Virus record (IMG/VR): IMGVR_UViG_3300044568_003163
Span: 186,001 to 250,000 of that record
Reading direction: 5' to 3' (one strand)
DNA: 64,000 bases
A program made the translations under genes and the position numbers. Positions within the stretch are counted from its first letter, which is position 1. Each line of letters starts with the position of its first letter. The notes below the pieces were generated by a model, which ran no database searches, was not told the origin of the DNA, and saw nothing but the letters and a program-made list of their open reading frames with translations. Positions 18,415 to 28,792 of the stretch are shown here, piece after piece.

Positions 18415-18987
18415 CTAAATTATTTCTAAAAAGGTTTTGTCAGGTACTACTGCAGATATACTTCCTTCGTCTTCTGCAATATTCGTATAATAGAATCCTG
18501 ACTTTGCATTTCCGGCTTTAAGGGCTCTCATCATCATACCATTAGCTCTCATATCACTATGTGGTTTATTAGGAGTATTAGACATAGAACCTATTATTTT
18601 AACAGGAAATACTATAGGCTTGCATTTCATAGAAACCTTTGTACGATCAGAATAAGTTGCAACTTCTCCTCTTTGAGTAGGATAATAATCTTCTTCTGGT
18701 ACATCACTACCTGCATTATAACCAGTTATACACCATTTGCCTTGTTTTTGTAAAGCTCTTAGTGTAGCTTTACCGGCTAATAAAGTTTTACCGTATTCAG
18801 TTTTTCCTTCCCATCCACCAATTGCTGGAACTCCTATTCTAGCTTCTAAGGCTTCTGTTGCTGCCAATTTAGTTCCAATATGAATTCCATTCTTACCTTC
18901 AAGGTTTTTGTCGGTAGATCCATGATAGTATTGAGTTACATTATATGATTCGTTGATGAATTGGTTATATGTAGGTAAATTTTTCAT
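18415..18987 (-). CDS. Putative ADP-ribosyltransferase-like protein (ART-PolyVal-like) with capsid-targeting-like N-terminus
   Basis: YYHGS, GIHIGT, GFYYTNIAEDEGSISAVV; N-terminus MKNLPTYNQFINE. Confidence 0.6.
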   Translation of the reverse strand: MKNLPTYNQFINESYNVTQYYHGSTDKNLEGKNGIHIGTKLAATEALEARIGVPAIGGWEGKTEYGKTLLAGKATLRALQKQGKWCITGYNAGSDVPEEDYYPTQRGEVATYSDRTKVSMKCKPIVFPVKIIGSMSNTPNKPHSDMRANGMMMRALKAGNAKSGFYYTNIAEDEGSISAVVPDKTFLEII

Positions 18988-19724
18988 TATGCTTGTAATT
19001 CGTTGAAAACTTGTTCTATTTTTTTGATTAAAGGATTTCTTACAATATCTTCATCAGAAAGTGCAATACATCCGAATTCTTCTACTTTAGAAAATTTCTC
19101 CATTATCATAGGTAGTGATGAATTTTTCTTCATCTTAAGGTCAATCTGTCCGGTGTCTCCTAGGAAAATCATCTTACAATTAGAACCTATACGGGTCATA
19201 ATAGTACGCATGTTGTCATGAGTGATATTTTGACATTCGTCTATTAATACTATACAATCATCGAAATTAATTCCTCTAAGGAATGCTATTGGCATCACTT
19301 CGATTGAGCCATTATCTCTAAGAGTTTTAGTTATAGAACGACCAACAATTTTTTCAAAGTTGTGAATGAATGAGTAAATATAAGGCTCCATCTTTTCATC
19401 AAGAGTTCCTTTTAAGAAACCAATCTCTTCATCTTTTAATGTAGTAACCGACTTAACGATATAAATCTTTTTGTATCTTTGATCGTTTTTAAACAGCTTA
19501 AGAGCTTGAGCGCAAGCAACATAAGTTTTTCCAGTTCCAGCAGGACCTGAACAGATTACTATTTCTTTATCTTCAATATATGAAGCAAACAGTTTTTGGT
19601 TTGGGTTTTTTGCCTTTAGTTCGACTTTTACTTTAGTAAGTGTGCCGTTTTTAGGTGCAGTCATAATAGATTCTAGAACTTGTTGTTCTTCCTCTTCAGT
19701 CAATTTCTTTCTACGATTACTCAT
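18987..19724 (-). CDS. phoH: PhoH family ATPase
   Basis: GPAGTGKT, MPIAFLRGINF, IDECQN, RIG, GDTGQID, DIVRNP. Confidence 0.93.
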   Translation of the reverse strand: MSNRRKKLTEEEEQQVLESIMTAPKNGTLTKVKVELKAKNPNQKLFASYIEDKEIVICSGPAGTGKTYVACAQALKLFKNDQRYKKIYIVKSVTTLKDEEIGFLKGTLDEKMEPYIYSFIHNFEKIVGRSITKTLRDNGSIEVMPIAFLRGINFDDCIVLIDECQNITHDNMRTIMTRIGSNCKMIFLGDTGQIDLKMKKNSSLPMIMEKFSKVEEFGCIALSDEDIVRNPLIKKIEQVFNELQA

Positions 19725-19737
19725 AAATTTTTGTTTT

Positions 19738-22700
19738 TTAGAACATAGATACTTTAGTCTTAACTGTAACTTGAGATAAAGCAGCTACCATAGCAGTTTC
19801 TATATCTCTTGCGGATATAGAAGCTCCTGGTTTAGAAGATGCATGAACTATTGGTTTTTCTTTCATAGCTTTTCCTGCAGGAGTAGCAGCAGTAGGAGTA
19901 GAAGCAGTTTCTGTACCACCAGTTGCACCAGCACTTGAACCTGAATCTTCATTAAGTTTCTTAAGTCCATTTAATAAATCTTCAAAAGCCTTTTCAATAG
20001 ATTCTGCAATTTTTTCACCAATAACTTCAGGCGATTTAGACATAATAGCTAATGATTTCATCATTGAGTCGGTTGTTGTAAGTTTTTCTAAGTCCATGCC
20101 ATTAACATGACCTTTGAATAACTGCATAGATTTTTGAATTTTGTCGAAATTCACTGCTACTTTGTCTAATGAATTTTTAGGAGAAGCCATCGTAACAATG
20201 TTAGATGTAAACTTGTCCATATATTCTAATTTCTTAGGTAAACCTTTATTTAATGCAGGATCGAATACTTTAAATATCGAACTTGTGAAATTTTGGAAAT
20301 TTAATGTGGCTTTATCGGTAGATTCTAATTTAGAAAATGTATTAATTCCAGTCGACAAAGATGACATTATTTTAATCATACTAGGTAAATTATTAAGAGC
20401 TCCATTAATAACGTCTTGATTTTTATTATAGAAATCTCCTACATTATAAACTTCAGTACCAAATAAAGAAAATCCCTTTAAATTATTATTAGCCTTTTCG
20501 AATATTGCTAAATCGGAAAATTTAACAATAGACTTAGACATATCTAATAATATCTTAATCATATTAGGTAGAGTACTAAGAGCTCCGTTGATAATACCTT
20601 TGTGAGTTTCGAAATATCCTCCTATTTTATAGATTCCTGTACCGAACGTAACTAATTTAGGTATAGTTTCAATTGCTTTATCGATACTATCTAATTTAGA
20701 AAATGTTGTAACTGATTCTGCTAATGAAGACATAGATTTTACCATTTTAGGTATAGAACTTATACCACCATCAATGGTTTCAGCATGTTGCTTATAAAAA
20801 ACTCCGACATTATAGATTCCTTTACCTATAATCATCATTACTGAATTGATAGTTGTTCCTGCCTTTTTAAGCATAGCATCTGTTATAGCTACTGGAGTTC
20901 CTGGTACTAATTTAGTATTTGTGCCTGTACCTACTGCAGTCATTGGAGTAATTGTACCAGTAGCAATTTTTATTACAGAATCAGTAACTTTAGCAACTAC
21001 ATCTCCAACTCCAGAGATAGCCTTTATACCTTTTGCGATATATCCATCTCCCCAGAAAGAAGAAGAATCATCCTCTTTTTTACCTATATCATAAAATCCA
21101 GTAGCTATAACTTTAAGGATATCCATTATTGTAGTAGCAGCATTAGTTAAATCTTTATCTGAAAGTATTTTTGGTTTTCCTGGTACTAGTTTAGCTTTAG
21201 AGGTTCCACCATCAATTAAATCAAAAGTGGGAATTTCTCGTTTAGCCATCATTAGAACTGAATCTACTATGTTTTTAAGATTTTCTCCTACTCCGGCTAA
21301 AGCTTTAACACCTCTAGCAATAAAACCACCAGCGAAAACTCCTTCAGAAGCTGCTTCATCTTTACCAATATCACTAAACGCTTTAGCTACAACTCCGATA
21401 ACAGTAGCTATACTTTTACCAGCAGATTCAATTTCCTTTTCACCTATTTTGGTTACACCTTTAGGTACTAATTTAGCTTTCGAAGTACCAGCATTAACAA
21501 CCTCAAATTCAACAAATTGCATAGTAGCAAATTGCTTTACACCTGCTGCAAGAGAAACAATAGTATCTCCTGAATTTTTAAGAGATGCAACACCAGCAGA
21601 AACAAAACCTCCGCCGAATACCATATCATATAAAGGATTTCCTGATGGTTGTCCTTTATCGAGTCTTCCTACTAATGCAAATGGTTCAGCTATTGCAGTA
21701 ATAACTTTTGCCATTCCGTTAGCCGCATTAGTAAAATCAGATTCACCTAATTTTCTTCTTGATTTTATAACTAACTTAGCTTTTGAAGTTCCTGCTCCAA
21801 TAACTTCATATTCATTTACTTCTAAATTTGCCCATGCTTTAACTCCTTCGGCTAATGACGATAGCACATTACCTGCCATACTAAGTGAAAGTATACCAGT
21901 CATCAAATCAATTGGATCTATATTAATTCCTAATTTTTTCTGTCTTTCTTTATCTGTAACTATTGTAAATGCTTTTGCAATAGAACCTATAGTTGATTCC
22001 AAAGCAACTCCATCTTCTGGAGTAAAACCAGAAGTTTTAAATATAGTTAGTCCTTTAGATATTGCAATTAATGCAATACCTGCACCTACCATTGCTGGAA
22101 CGGTTATGGTTAATAAGGCTGCTCTAGCTGCTGCTTGGCCAGCAAATTTAAGTCCTTCGAGAACTCCTCCAGGGAATCTACCTCCTAAGAATCCGTTAAT
22201 TATTGAACTTAATCCATATTCTAAATTATCTCCATCTTCTTTATTAAATCCAGCACTTTTAAATATCGCTAATGCACCAGTTATAGGTAATAAAGCTACC
22301 GATGCAGCTGTCATTGCAAGTGAACCTAATAGTATAAGAGGAGAACCTAAACCAGCAAGTGCCATAGAACCTGCCAAACTTTTAACTGATGCACCTAATG
22401 CATCTGCATCAGGAATTGTCATTCCGGCAGTTTTAAATACGGCAAGAGCACCGGTTATAGGTAATAGGGCTACTGAAGCTACTAACATCGCAGCTGAACC
22501 TAAAAGAATAAGTGGAGAACCTAAACCAGCAAGTGCCATTGAACCAGCTAAACTTGAAATAGATAAACCTAATGCTATCGCATCATCTTTTGTTACTCCT
22601 ATAGTTTTAAATACTGCAAGTGCTCCAGATATAACTAATAGAGAAACTCCAGCTAAAATCATCGAGGCTGAACCTAATGCAATAAATATAGCACCAGCAC

Positions 22701-25566
22701 CAGCAGCAGCCATTGCAAGTCCTAAACCTACAACAATTGCACCTAATATTAAAGCATCTTCAGTAGTAACACCTGCTTTTTTAAATACTAAAACTCCTGC
22801 AGCAATAACAACTAATGCAATTCCAGCAAGAATCATTACTCCAGCACCAAGACCAATTTCTACGAAATTATCTCCGGCTATTTTCATTGCTAGTCCTAGA
22901 CCTGCAACAATAGCACCTAATAAAATGGCATCGCCAACTCCTACACCGGATTCTTTAAATTTAGTAAGAGCGTATGCTAATATTAATATTGCAATAGAAG
23001 CAAATCCTAATACCATAGAACCTAATCCTATTTCTTTCCAATATTGACCGAAAAGATACATCGCCATTCCAGTTACGGCTAAAATTCCTCCTAGTAATAA
23101 AATATCTGTTACCTGTAAGTTTATTGATTGAAACATCGCTAAACTATATGTAAAGAATAAAATAGAAAGAGCCATAAAAGATAAAGCCAATGTTCCCATT
23201 GCAATAGTTTTCCAATTCTTACCTATTTCATATGCAATAAATGCAAGTAATCCTATTGCCAATCCAGTAAATAAAACTGCCATAGGTGTGACCGAAGCTG
23301 CAAATAACATTACAACTGATCCTATAATTAATGCACCGAGTGCAAATAAAGTTAATCCAATTACTGCTTTTGCAATATTTCCTAAGCTTTTATTTAACAT
23401 TTCTCCTACTTGTTTAGCAATCCAAGCAATAAGTCCAATCATTATACCAAAAGCTATTACTTGTAAAACTCCTGCTGCTCCTACTGATTGTGCAAAATGA
23501 ATAACTAATTGAGTTATCAATACAAGTCCTAACATAAATAAGGACATAGCTATTAGAGTAGATCCTTTCATATTAGCGCCACCCATAGCTTCAATAACCA
23601 TTGTAGTAGTTTTTGCTAATATATAAGTCATCAAACCAAATAATAATATAGATTTAAGAGACTGAGGTGGATTTTGCATTGCCTTTGAAATAACAACTAA
23701 AGATACTGCTTGTATTAAACCTGTCACTGCCGCAGATAAAAGATCCATATTAGTTAAATCAGTCTTAGACTCACCTACCTTTTTAGCTAACATAAGGGTT
23801 ATTTGAGATAGGATAAAAATAGCTCCAGTAAATAAAACAATATTTAATGCGACTGTCGTCAAATCGTTTTGAGTATTAAATGCCATAATTGTTGCTGCAG
23901 CAGTAACTAACACTCCAAGTATAGTAGCTATAACCATTACGGTTTGAACATCACCTTCAGTAACACCAGCATCTTTTATTCCTTGATTAACTGCAGTAAT
24001 TCGTTTAACCATAAATCCAAGAACCATAGCACCAACTAATACAAATGGAGCTAATAATCCGGCAATCACACACATAGTTAATAAAGTACCAATAGAAAAA
24101 CTTAATGCAACTACAAATACTGCAGCAGCTAAAATATTTTCTGAATCTTTAACTACTTCCGAAATACCTCCTATTAAAGTTTTAATTGCAATATTAGTGA
24201 TTTTCACACCTAATATAATAAAAGGATTCCAAATAGCAGCTCTCCTTAAAGCACTTATAAGAATATCGACACCATATGCTAATAATGTAAATGAAAGTAC
24301 ACTCTTAATCGCAGTTTCATTATCAATTCCTTTAGAAGTAAGTAACATTGCTCTAACTGCTCCAGATAGATCTTCAGCTCTTCTAGTTAACACATTAGGT
24401 TTACTAAATAGGCCAGAAAGAAATCCAGGAGTTAAGGCTTTTATTAATTTGCCTATATTAGAAGCCGATAATACATTAATAGCAAAAACAGATTTTATAA
24501 TAGTTTCTGGTATTAATCTTGAACCTGTCTTAAGTAAAATATTTACAGCCTTAGATAAATCTTCGGCTCTTCCAACCATAGATCCACCACCAAAAAGTTT
24601 AGATAAAAACGATTCAGAAAGAACTTTTATCAATTTACCAATATTAGAAGCCGATAACATTGCATATGCAGTTATAGATACTGCAGCAGTTTTAAGATTG
24701 ATTCGATTTCCTGCTTTTAATAAGATATTTGTTGCATCTGAAATATTTTGAGCTAATCTAGACCAAAAACGACTTAAAATAAAATTCTTTATCGTCATAT
24801 TCTTATTAAAGAATTCAACAAATTCACCTAGTTTCGAAGCTACTATTAAATTATATGCAGCAATAGAAACTGCCGCTTGAGTTAAATCTATTCCTTTACC
24901 GGCATTAAGTAATATTCGAGTCGTATTTGATATAACAATTGCAAAATCCTCATACATTGAACCGAAAATCATATTCTTAATAGTCAATGTAGAACCTAGA
25001 AAATCAACAAATTCTTTTAATTTAGACGAACTAATTAATCCATATATTAGTAATGAATTTGCCGCAGTTCCCATATCCACTTCTTCAGACACAGAAAGTA
25101 ATTTAATCATTGCTTGATTAAGATAACCTGCACCTTCTACTAGGAAATCTCCAAACAAATAAGAAACTGCTAATACTTTAACTAATTTCATTAATGCTTC
25201 GGGAATTGAACCTATGGCAGCAGCTAATCCACCATCATTGGCTGCACCTCCACCACCGACTGAGTCGCTTTTAGATAGTTTAGCAACTTTAATTTCAATA
25301 GATGATAATAAAGAGTTTTGTATAACCGAATGTTGTTCTATTCGATTCATAAGTTCTGCACTTATTCCAAATACGGATTTAAGGTCAGATAAAAGAGTTG
25401 TATGCTTCTTTAGCTCGAGAGAAACGTCATTTTTTACAACGGTTTCTATCGAGCCAAGAAGTATTAAGGAATTGTCTTCTGCTAGTTTAGTAGCACTTAC
25501 CATTGCATCCATCTTCTTAAGAATGGATAACATTGCTTGATTTACACCTTCTGCCCTAACAGCCAT
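19738..25566 (-). CDS. Tail tape measure protein (1942 aa)
   Basis: Very long Ala/Gly/Leu-rich helical protein with internal repeats, directly downstream of tail chaperone genes. Confidence 0.8.
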   Translation of the reverse strand: MAVRAEGVNQAMLSILKKMDAMVSATKLAEDNSLILLGSIETVVKNDVSLELKKHTTLLSDLKSVFGISAELMNRIEQHSVIQNSLLSSIEIKVAKLSKSDSVGGGGAANDGGLAAAIGSIPEALMKLVKVLAVSYLFGDFLVEGAGYLNQAMIKLLSVSEEVDMGTAANSLLIYGLISSSKLKEFVDFLGSTLTIKNMIFGSMYEDFAIVISNTTRILLNAGKGIDLTQAAVSIAAYNLIVASKLGEFVEFFNKNMTIKNFILSRFWSRLAQNISDATNILLKAGNRINLKTAAVSITAYAMLSASNIGKLIKVLSESFLSKLFGGGSMVGRAEDLSKAVNILLKTGSRLIPETIIKSVFAINVLSASNIGKLIKALTPGFLSGLFSKPNVLTRRAEDLSGAVRAMLLTSKGIDNETAIKSVLSFTLLAYGVDILISALRRAAIWNPFIILGVKITNIAIKTLIGGISEVVKDSENILAAAVFVVALSFSIGTLLTMCVIAGLLAPFVLVGAMVLGFMVKRITAVNQGIKDAGVTEGDVQTVMVIATILGVLVTAAATIMAFNTQNDLTTVALNIVLFTGAIFILSQITLMLAKKVGESKTDLTNMDLLSAAVTGLIQAVSLVVISKAMQNPPQSLKSILLFGLMTYILAKTTTMVIEAMGGANMKGSTLIAMSLFMLGLVLITQLVIHFAQSVGAAGVLQVIAFGIMIGLIAWIAKQVGEMLNKSLGNIAKAVIGLTLFALGALIIGSVVMLFAASVTPMAVLFTGLAIGLLAFIAYEIGKNWKTIAMGTLALSFMALSILFFTYSLAMFQSINLQVTDILLLGGILAVTGMAMYLFGQYWKEIGLGSMVLGFASIAILILAYALTKFKESGVGVGDAILLGAIVAGLGLAMKIAGDNFVEIGLGAGVMILAGIALVVIAAGVLVFKKAGVTTEDALILGAIVVGLGLAMAAAGAGAIFIALGSASMILAGVSLLVISGALAVFKTIGVTKDDAIALGLSISSLAGSMALAGLGSPLILLGSAAMLVASVALLPITGALAVFKTAGMTIPDADALGASVKSLAGSMALAGLGSPLILLGSLAMTAASVALLPITGALAIFKSAGFNKEDGDNLEYGLSSIINGFLGGRFPGGVLEGLKFAGQAAARAALLTITVPAMVGAGIALIAISKGLTIFKTSGFTPEDGVALESTIGSIAKAFTIVTDKERQKKLGINIDPIDLMTGILSLSMAGNVLSSLAEGVKAWANLEVNEYEVIGAGTSKAKLVIKSRRKLGESDFTNAANGMAKVITAIAEPFALVGRLDKGQPSGNPLYDMVFGGGFVSAGVASLKNSGDTIVSLAAGVKQFATMQFVEFEVVNAGTSKAKLVPKGVTKIGEKEIESAGKSIATVIGVVAKAFSDIGKDEAASEGVFAGGFIARGVKALAGVGENLKNIVDSVLMMAKREIPTFDLIDGGTSKAKLVPGKPKILSDKDLTNAATTIMDILKVIATGFYDIGKKEDDSSSFWGDGYIAKGIKAISGVGDVVAKVTDSVIKIATGTITPMTAVGTGTNTKLVPGTPVAITDAMLKKAGTTINSVMMIIGKGIYNVGVFYKQHAETIDGGISSIPKMVKSMSSLAESVTTFSKLDSIDKAIETIPKLVTFGTGIYKIGGYFETHKGIINGALSTLPNMIKILLDMSKSIVKFSDLAIFEKANNNLKGFSLFGTEVYNVGDFYNKNQDVINGALNNLPSMIKIMSSLSTGINTFSKLESTDKATLNFQNFTSSIFKVFDPALNKGLPKKLEYMDKFTSNIVTMASPKNSLDKVAVNFDKIQKSMQLFKGHVNGMDLEKLTTTDSMMKSLAIMSKSPEVIGEKIAESIEKAFEDLLNGLKKLNEDSGSSAGATGGTETASTPTAATPAGKAMKEKPIVHASSKPGASISARDIETAMVAALSQVTVKTKVSMF
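22260..22620 (-). repeat. Roughly 58-aa tandem repeat within tape measure
   Basis: SLAGSMALAGLGSPLILLGS occurs twice; DNA GAGAACCTAAACCAGCAAGTGCCAT at 22341 and 22515 (174 bp apart). Confidence 0.8.
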
Positions 25567-25574
25567 TTACGTTT

Positions 25575-25865
25575 TTATAATTTTAGAGAAGAGGGGATTC
25601 CAGGGAATGCTGCCGGAGAATATGATGGCATTTTTGGCATTTTAACTCCAGAATTTTTCATCATCTGATTAGGATTCATATCTGCGTGGGACTTAGTTTG
25701 TCCTTCTTCAGCTTCCTGTTTCTCTTTTAGTATATATATCAAGTTTTGGACGATGTACTCAAACTCATAAAAGGGCAGCCTTTCCACTTCAGAAGGCTGC
25801 AACCTAAGATGATATAGAAGATACGTTTTAGTCTTAAAGAAGTTCTCCAGAGATATCTGAAACAA
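25575..25865 (-). CDS. Tail/baseplate assembly chaperone, T4 gp51-like; no ATG near the start, possibly a frameshift extension of the upstream gene
   Basis: SLENFFKT...LYHLRLQPSEVERLPFYEFEYIV resembles gp51-like proteins; track start is TTG inside the upstream gene. Confidence 0.7.
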   Translation of the reverse strand: MFQISLENFFKTKTYLLYHLRLQPSEVERLPFYEFEYIVQNLIYILKEKQEAEEGQTKSHADMNPNQMMKNSGVKMPKMPSYSPAAFPGIPSSLKL

Positions 25866-26805
25866 CGAAAAGACCTTTGATGCCTCCGGGAAAGCTGATC
25901 GGGGTTGTCACCTCCGAATGACACTTTTCACAGATTGTATTAAATTTTTCTTTAACTCCAATTCTACACATATCAGTTAATGAATATAGAGTTTGGTATT
26001 TTGTAGTTGACCATGACATAGCTTCTATTTCTAAATTGTTAATAGCAGCTTCATTAAATCCTCGCCAGTCTTGAGACATATATGGCAAGATTTTAATAAA
26101 TGATTGGTCAATCTTTTTACCTTCTTGCTGACGTTTTTGAATATATTTAGTTACTTCCATCATAACTCCAATTGATGGCGGTACTAATTTTATAGTTCCA
26201 CTAGATTTTGTAGTTACATGAAACATTCTTGAATCATAATCGTAGTACTTCATTAGTTTATCATCTATCTCGGTAGCTTCGAAAACATCATTTTTGATTT
26301 TAATTTCGTTTTCATGATTACATTCTCCGCATGGAGCTTTAATAATTAATTGATTTTCTCCATTAGGGAAAGTTAATTCTCTGATAGCTAATATCAGGTG
26401 GATTCTATCTTCTTCTCGTAAATCCTTAAACGAAGATTGTCTACCTGGTTGTCTAGTCATCATACAAGATTTTAAAATCTCATTTAATGCTTCATCAATA
26501 GAAAATGGATCCTGTTCGTTGATAGTAGAGAAATGTCTAATTTCTTTTACTTCTGCGGCACGAATAAAAAATCTCGTATTTTCTGGATAGAATAAACCTT
26601 TTGATGGAAAGTTTTCTGCCCATATTTCATGATAACCTGGTAATAATGCCGGTTCATCACTTCTGTCATTTTCGTAACCTGCTGCTTTACCAAGCGATGT
26701 AGGTTTAACGTCTATTTTTATTGTTTCTGGTTTTTGAGTTTCCTCAGCTTGAAATTCTCTTTGTTGTAAATCTCTTTCAGCAGCTTCTTCGAAGTTTGTG
26801 TCCAT
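25834..26805 (-). CDS. Baseplate hub/tail assembly chaperone, T4 gp26-like
   Basis: LPSKG-like FPSKGLFYP, AAEVKEI, DRIHLILAIRELTFP, CxxC motifs; position upstream of tape measure. Confidence 0.75.
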   Translation of the reverse strand: MDTNFEEAAERDLQQREFQAEETQKPETIKIDVKPTSLGKAAGYENDRSDEPALLPGYHEIWAENFPSKGLFYPENTRFFIRAAEVKEIRHFSTINEQDPFSIDEALNEILKSCMMTRQPGRQSSFKDLREEDRIHLILAIRELTFPNGENQLIIKAPCGECNHENEIKIKNDVFEATEIDDKLMKYYDYDSRMFHVTTKSSGTIKLVPPSIGVMMEVTKYIQKRQQEGKKIDQSFIKILPYMSQDWRGFNEAAINNLEIEAMSWSTTKYQTLYSLTDMCRIGVKEKFNTICEKCHSEVTTPISFPGGIKGLFVVSDISGELL

Positions 26806-26806
26806 A

Positions 26807-27046
26807 TTATGTTGTTTTTTGGAAATTTGTTTGTTTGATTATATCCTTTATCTTTGCATCGACAAAGGAACATTGTTCACCCTCATACTCTTTAATGTGA
26901 TTAAGTATTAGCTCTCGAACATAAGCCGAAGATGTCATAAGTCTATCATTCACCATGGAATAATTCAATATGATATTTTTCAATTTATGATTGTCAGTGC
27001 TAGAGAGAAGAACTTGGATCTTTTCGCCTTTGTTCTCTTTGCTCAT
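26807..27046 (-). CDS. Small protein, possible ribbon-helix-helix DNA-binding fold
   Basis: IQVLLS strand then helices, SSAYVRELI; late box at 27065-27072. Confidence 0.55.
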   Translation of the reverse strand: MSKENKGEKIQVLLSSTDNHKLKNIILNYSMVNDRLMTSSAYVRELILNHIKEYEGEQCSFVDAKIKDIIKQTNFQKTT

Positions 27047-27187
27047 TAGTACTTGATTTTCTATTATATATCCAGGAAAGATAATAAAATAATATAAAAA
27101 TCAAATAATATTTTATCTAAAAAGTTGATGATATATGTGACATCTAAGGAACGGTATTATGAGATATAAGATATCATGTCAAACAAC

Positions 27188-27222
27188 AAAAGGTCCACTA
27201 GATTTATTCCAGTAGACCTTTT
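27188..27222 (-). terminator. Intrinsic terminator after topoisomerase
   Basis: AAAAGGTC/GACCTTTT stem with inner pairing. Confidence 0.65.
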
Positions 27223-27238
27223 TATTGAGTAGGTAAGT

Positions 27239-28615
27239 TTATTTAGCTAACTTTTTTCTTAGCTCTTTTAAATCGTCTCGGTACATATCTTTAGGTAAGA
27301 TAGATTTGATTCTTGTCAATTCAATTTCGTTTTCAGCTATTTGTTTTAATAACTCTTCATAACGTTCTTTCGTCATTGAGTAAATAGACATATTAAGTAA
27401 GTAATCAAAAGCATCTTCTTTCTTTTCGAATTTAGCCTTTTCCATATCTTCAATAATATCGGCTTTCGGTCTATTACTAACTTTTAATTTGCCATCAATA
27501 ATCATTTTGATGAATTTGGCTCTATTAGACATTGTTTTGTGTTGTTCTAATAAAATTTCTATCAATTTTGCTTTTCGTTTATCGTAAAAAGATAGACGGA
27601 ATTTTACAAAATAATTAATAAGCTCAGTTGTAGATTTGAAAATTATTAACTTACCATTTTCATCTAAACAAGTAAGATTTTCAGTTTCATTTTCAACTAA
27701 TTTTAGTAAACCTTCTAATTGACCTTTCTCAATTCGAGAAGCTAATTCTGCTCTTTGAAATTTAATATTGATAGTAAATTCTTTCTTGGTACTTACATCA
27801 TCATATTGTTGAATGTAACCTTTGTCTTGTAATGAATTAAGATGTGCTTCATATTTTTGATATGTCATTGATGGTGGCAACTCGGTAATTTTTACTGTAG
27901 TTGTATTGACAACTTCAAATTTACCTCGGATTTGAAATGATGAAGTTTCACCTTCGTTTTTAGTTACGATACCATTGAAAGCTGACCACCATGGAAGAGG
28001 TTCGCTGAATTTTTTACCTTCTAAAGATTTCATCGAAGCATCAATCAAATCGATTGCATTTCTATTTAAGATGTTAGTTGAGAAACCAACTGCAATTCCT
28101 GATGAACCATTAAGCAAAACTGCAGGTATAATTGGCAAGAAATATTTAGGTTCAATTTCATAGCCTTCTTCAAATTGAGATTCTAGTAAATTGAAGTCTT
28201 TATAAAGCAATCTAAAGTTACCATTTAGCTTTGTTGAAATATATCTAGCAGCACCTGGTTCTGGTGACCGTAGTGAACCGAATTGACCAATACCGTCAAG
28301 TAAAGGCATAGAGTTCTTAAATGTTTGAGCCATACTGATAATACCAGAATTTAGAGAAGTATCACCATGATGGTATTGAGCATCAGATGCAATTTTACCA
28401 CCTAATTGAAAAACTTTAAGAGGTTTATCATTACCACCTTTCCAAACTTGATTTGCAATGTAAATAATCTTACGTTGAGTAGGTTTGAATCCATCGATTA
28501 CCGAGGGAATTGCTCGATTTTCGATTGTGTACATACCATATGCAGCATAATCTTTATCTAAGAATTCAGTAATAGATTTCTCGGTTATTTGTTTGGTTTT
28601 ACTAGATATAGACAT
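27239..28615 (-). CDS. gp52: Type IIA DNA topoisomerase breakage-reunion subunit (T4 gp52/GyrA-like)
   Basis: RAIPSVIDGFKPTQRKI, YHHGD, GAARY catalytic Tyr, LLNGSSGIAVGF, ITELP. Confidence 0.95.
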   Translation of the reverse strand: MSISSKTKQITEKSITEFLDKDYAAYGMYTIENRAIPSVIDGFKPTQRKIIYIANQVWKGGNDKPLKVFQLGGKIASDAQYHHGDTSLNSGIISMAQTFKNSMPLLDGIGQFGSLRSPEPGAARYISTKLNGNFRLLYKDFNLLESQFEEGYEIEPKYFLPIIPAVLLNGSSGIAVGFSTNILNRNAIDLIDASMKSLEGKKFSEPLPWWSAFNGIVTKNEGETSSFQIRGKFEVVNTTTVKITELPPSMTYQKYEAHLNSLQDKGYIQQYDDVSTKKEFTINIKFQRAELASRIEKGQLEGLLKLVENETENLTCLDENGKLIIFKSTTELINYFVKFRLSFYDKRKAKLIEILLEQHKTMSNRAKFIKMIIDGKLKVSNRPKADIIEDMEKAKFEKKEDAFDYLLNMSIYSMTKERYEELLKQIAENEIELTRIKSILPKDMYRDDLKELRKKLAK

Positions 28616-28630
28616 ATAATTTTTGTTGTT

Positions 28631-28771
28631 TTAATTATTGAACATCTCAACATATATTTTAGCCTGAGATTTAATATTTGTTATTTGACTTTTTGTACGT
28701 CTAAATTTTTTAGGAGTGTTATCAAAAATTGTTTGATATTGCATTTTCCAAGTAATTGTAGAATTTGACAT
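28631..28771 (-). CDS. Small basic protein (46 aa) between topoisomerase subunits
   Basis: Hand-translated MSNSTITWKMQYQTIFDNTPKKFRRTKSQITNIKSQAKIYVEMFNN; own early box at 28793-28802. Confidence 0.7.
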   Translation of the reverse strand: MSNSTITWKMQYQTIFDNTPKKFRRTKSQITNIKSQAKIYVEMFNN

Positions 28772-28792
28772 AATGTAGTTGTTTAATTATAA

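Noticed and set aside
21227-23047. 606-aa plus-strand ORF, and other plus-strand ORFs throughout the track
   Set aside because: They lie antisense to well-supported minus-strand genes. The biased, repetitive codons of the tape measure explain the stop-free antisense frame, and there is no recognisable domain or promoter.
25739-25924. -1 frame ORF as the frameshift partner of the tail chaperone
   Set aside because: The -1 frame product has no chaperone-like features and stops early; the gp51-like sequence is in the +1 frame.
27073-27185. Possible ncRNA between topoisomerase terminator and late promoter
   Set aside because: Only a weak TGACAT/ATGTCA pairing in AT-rich sequence; not enough to call.
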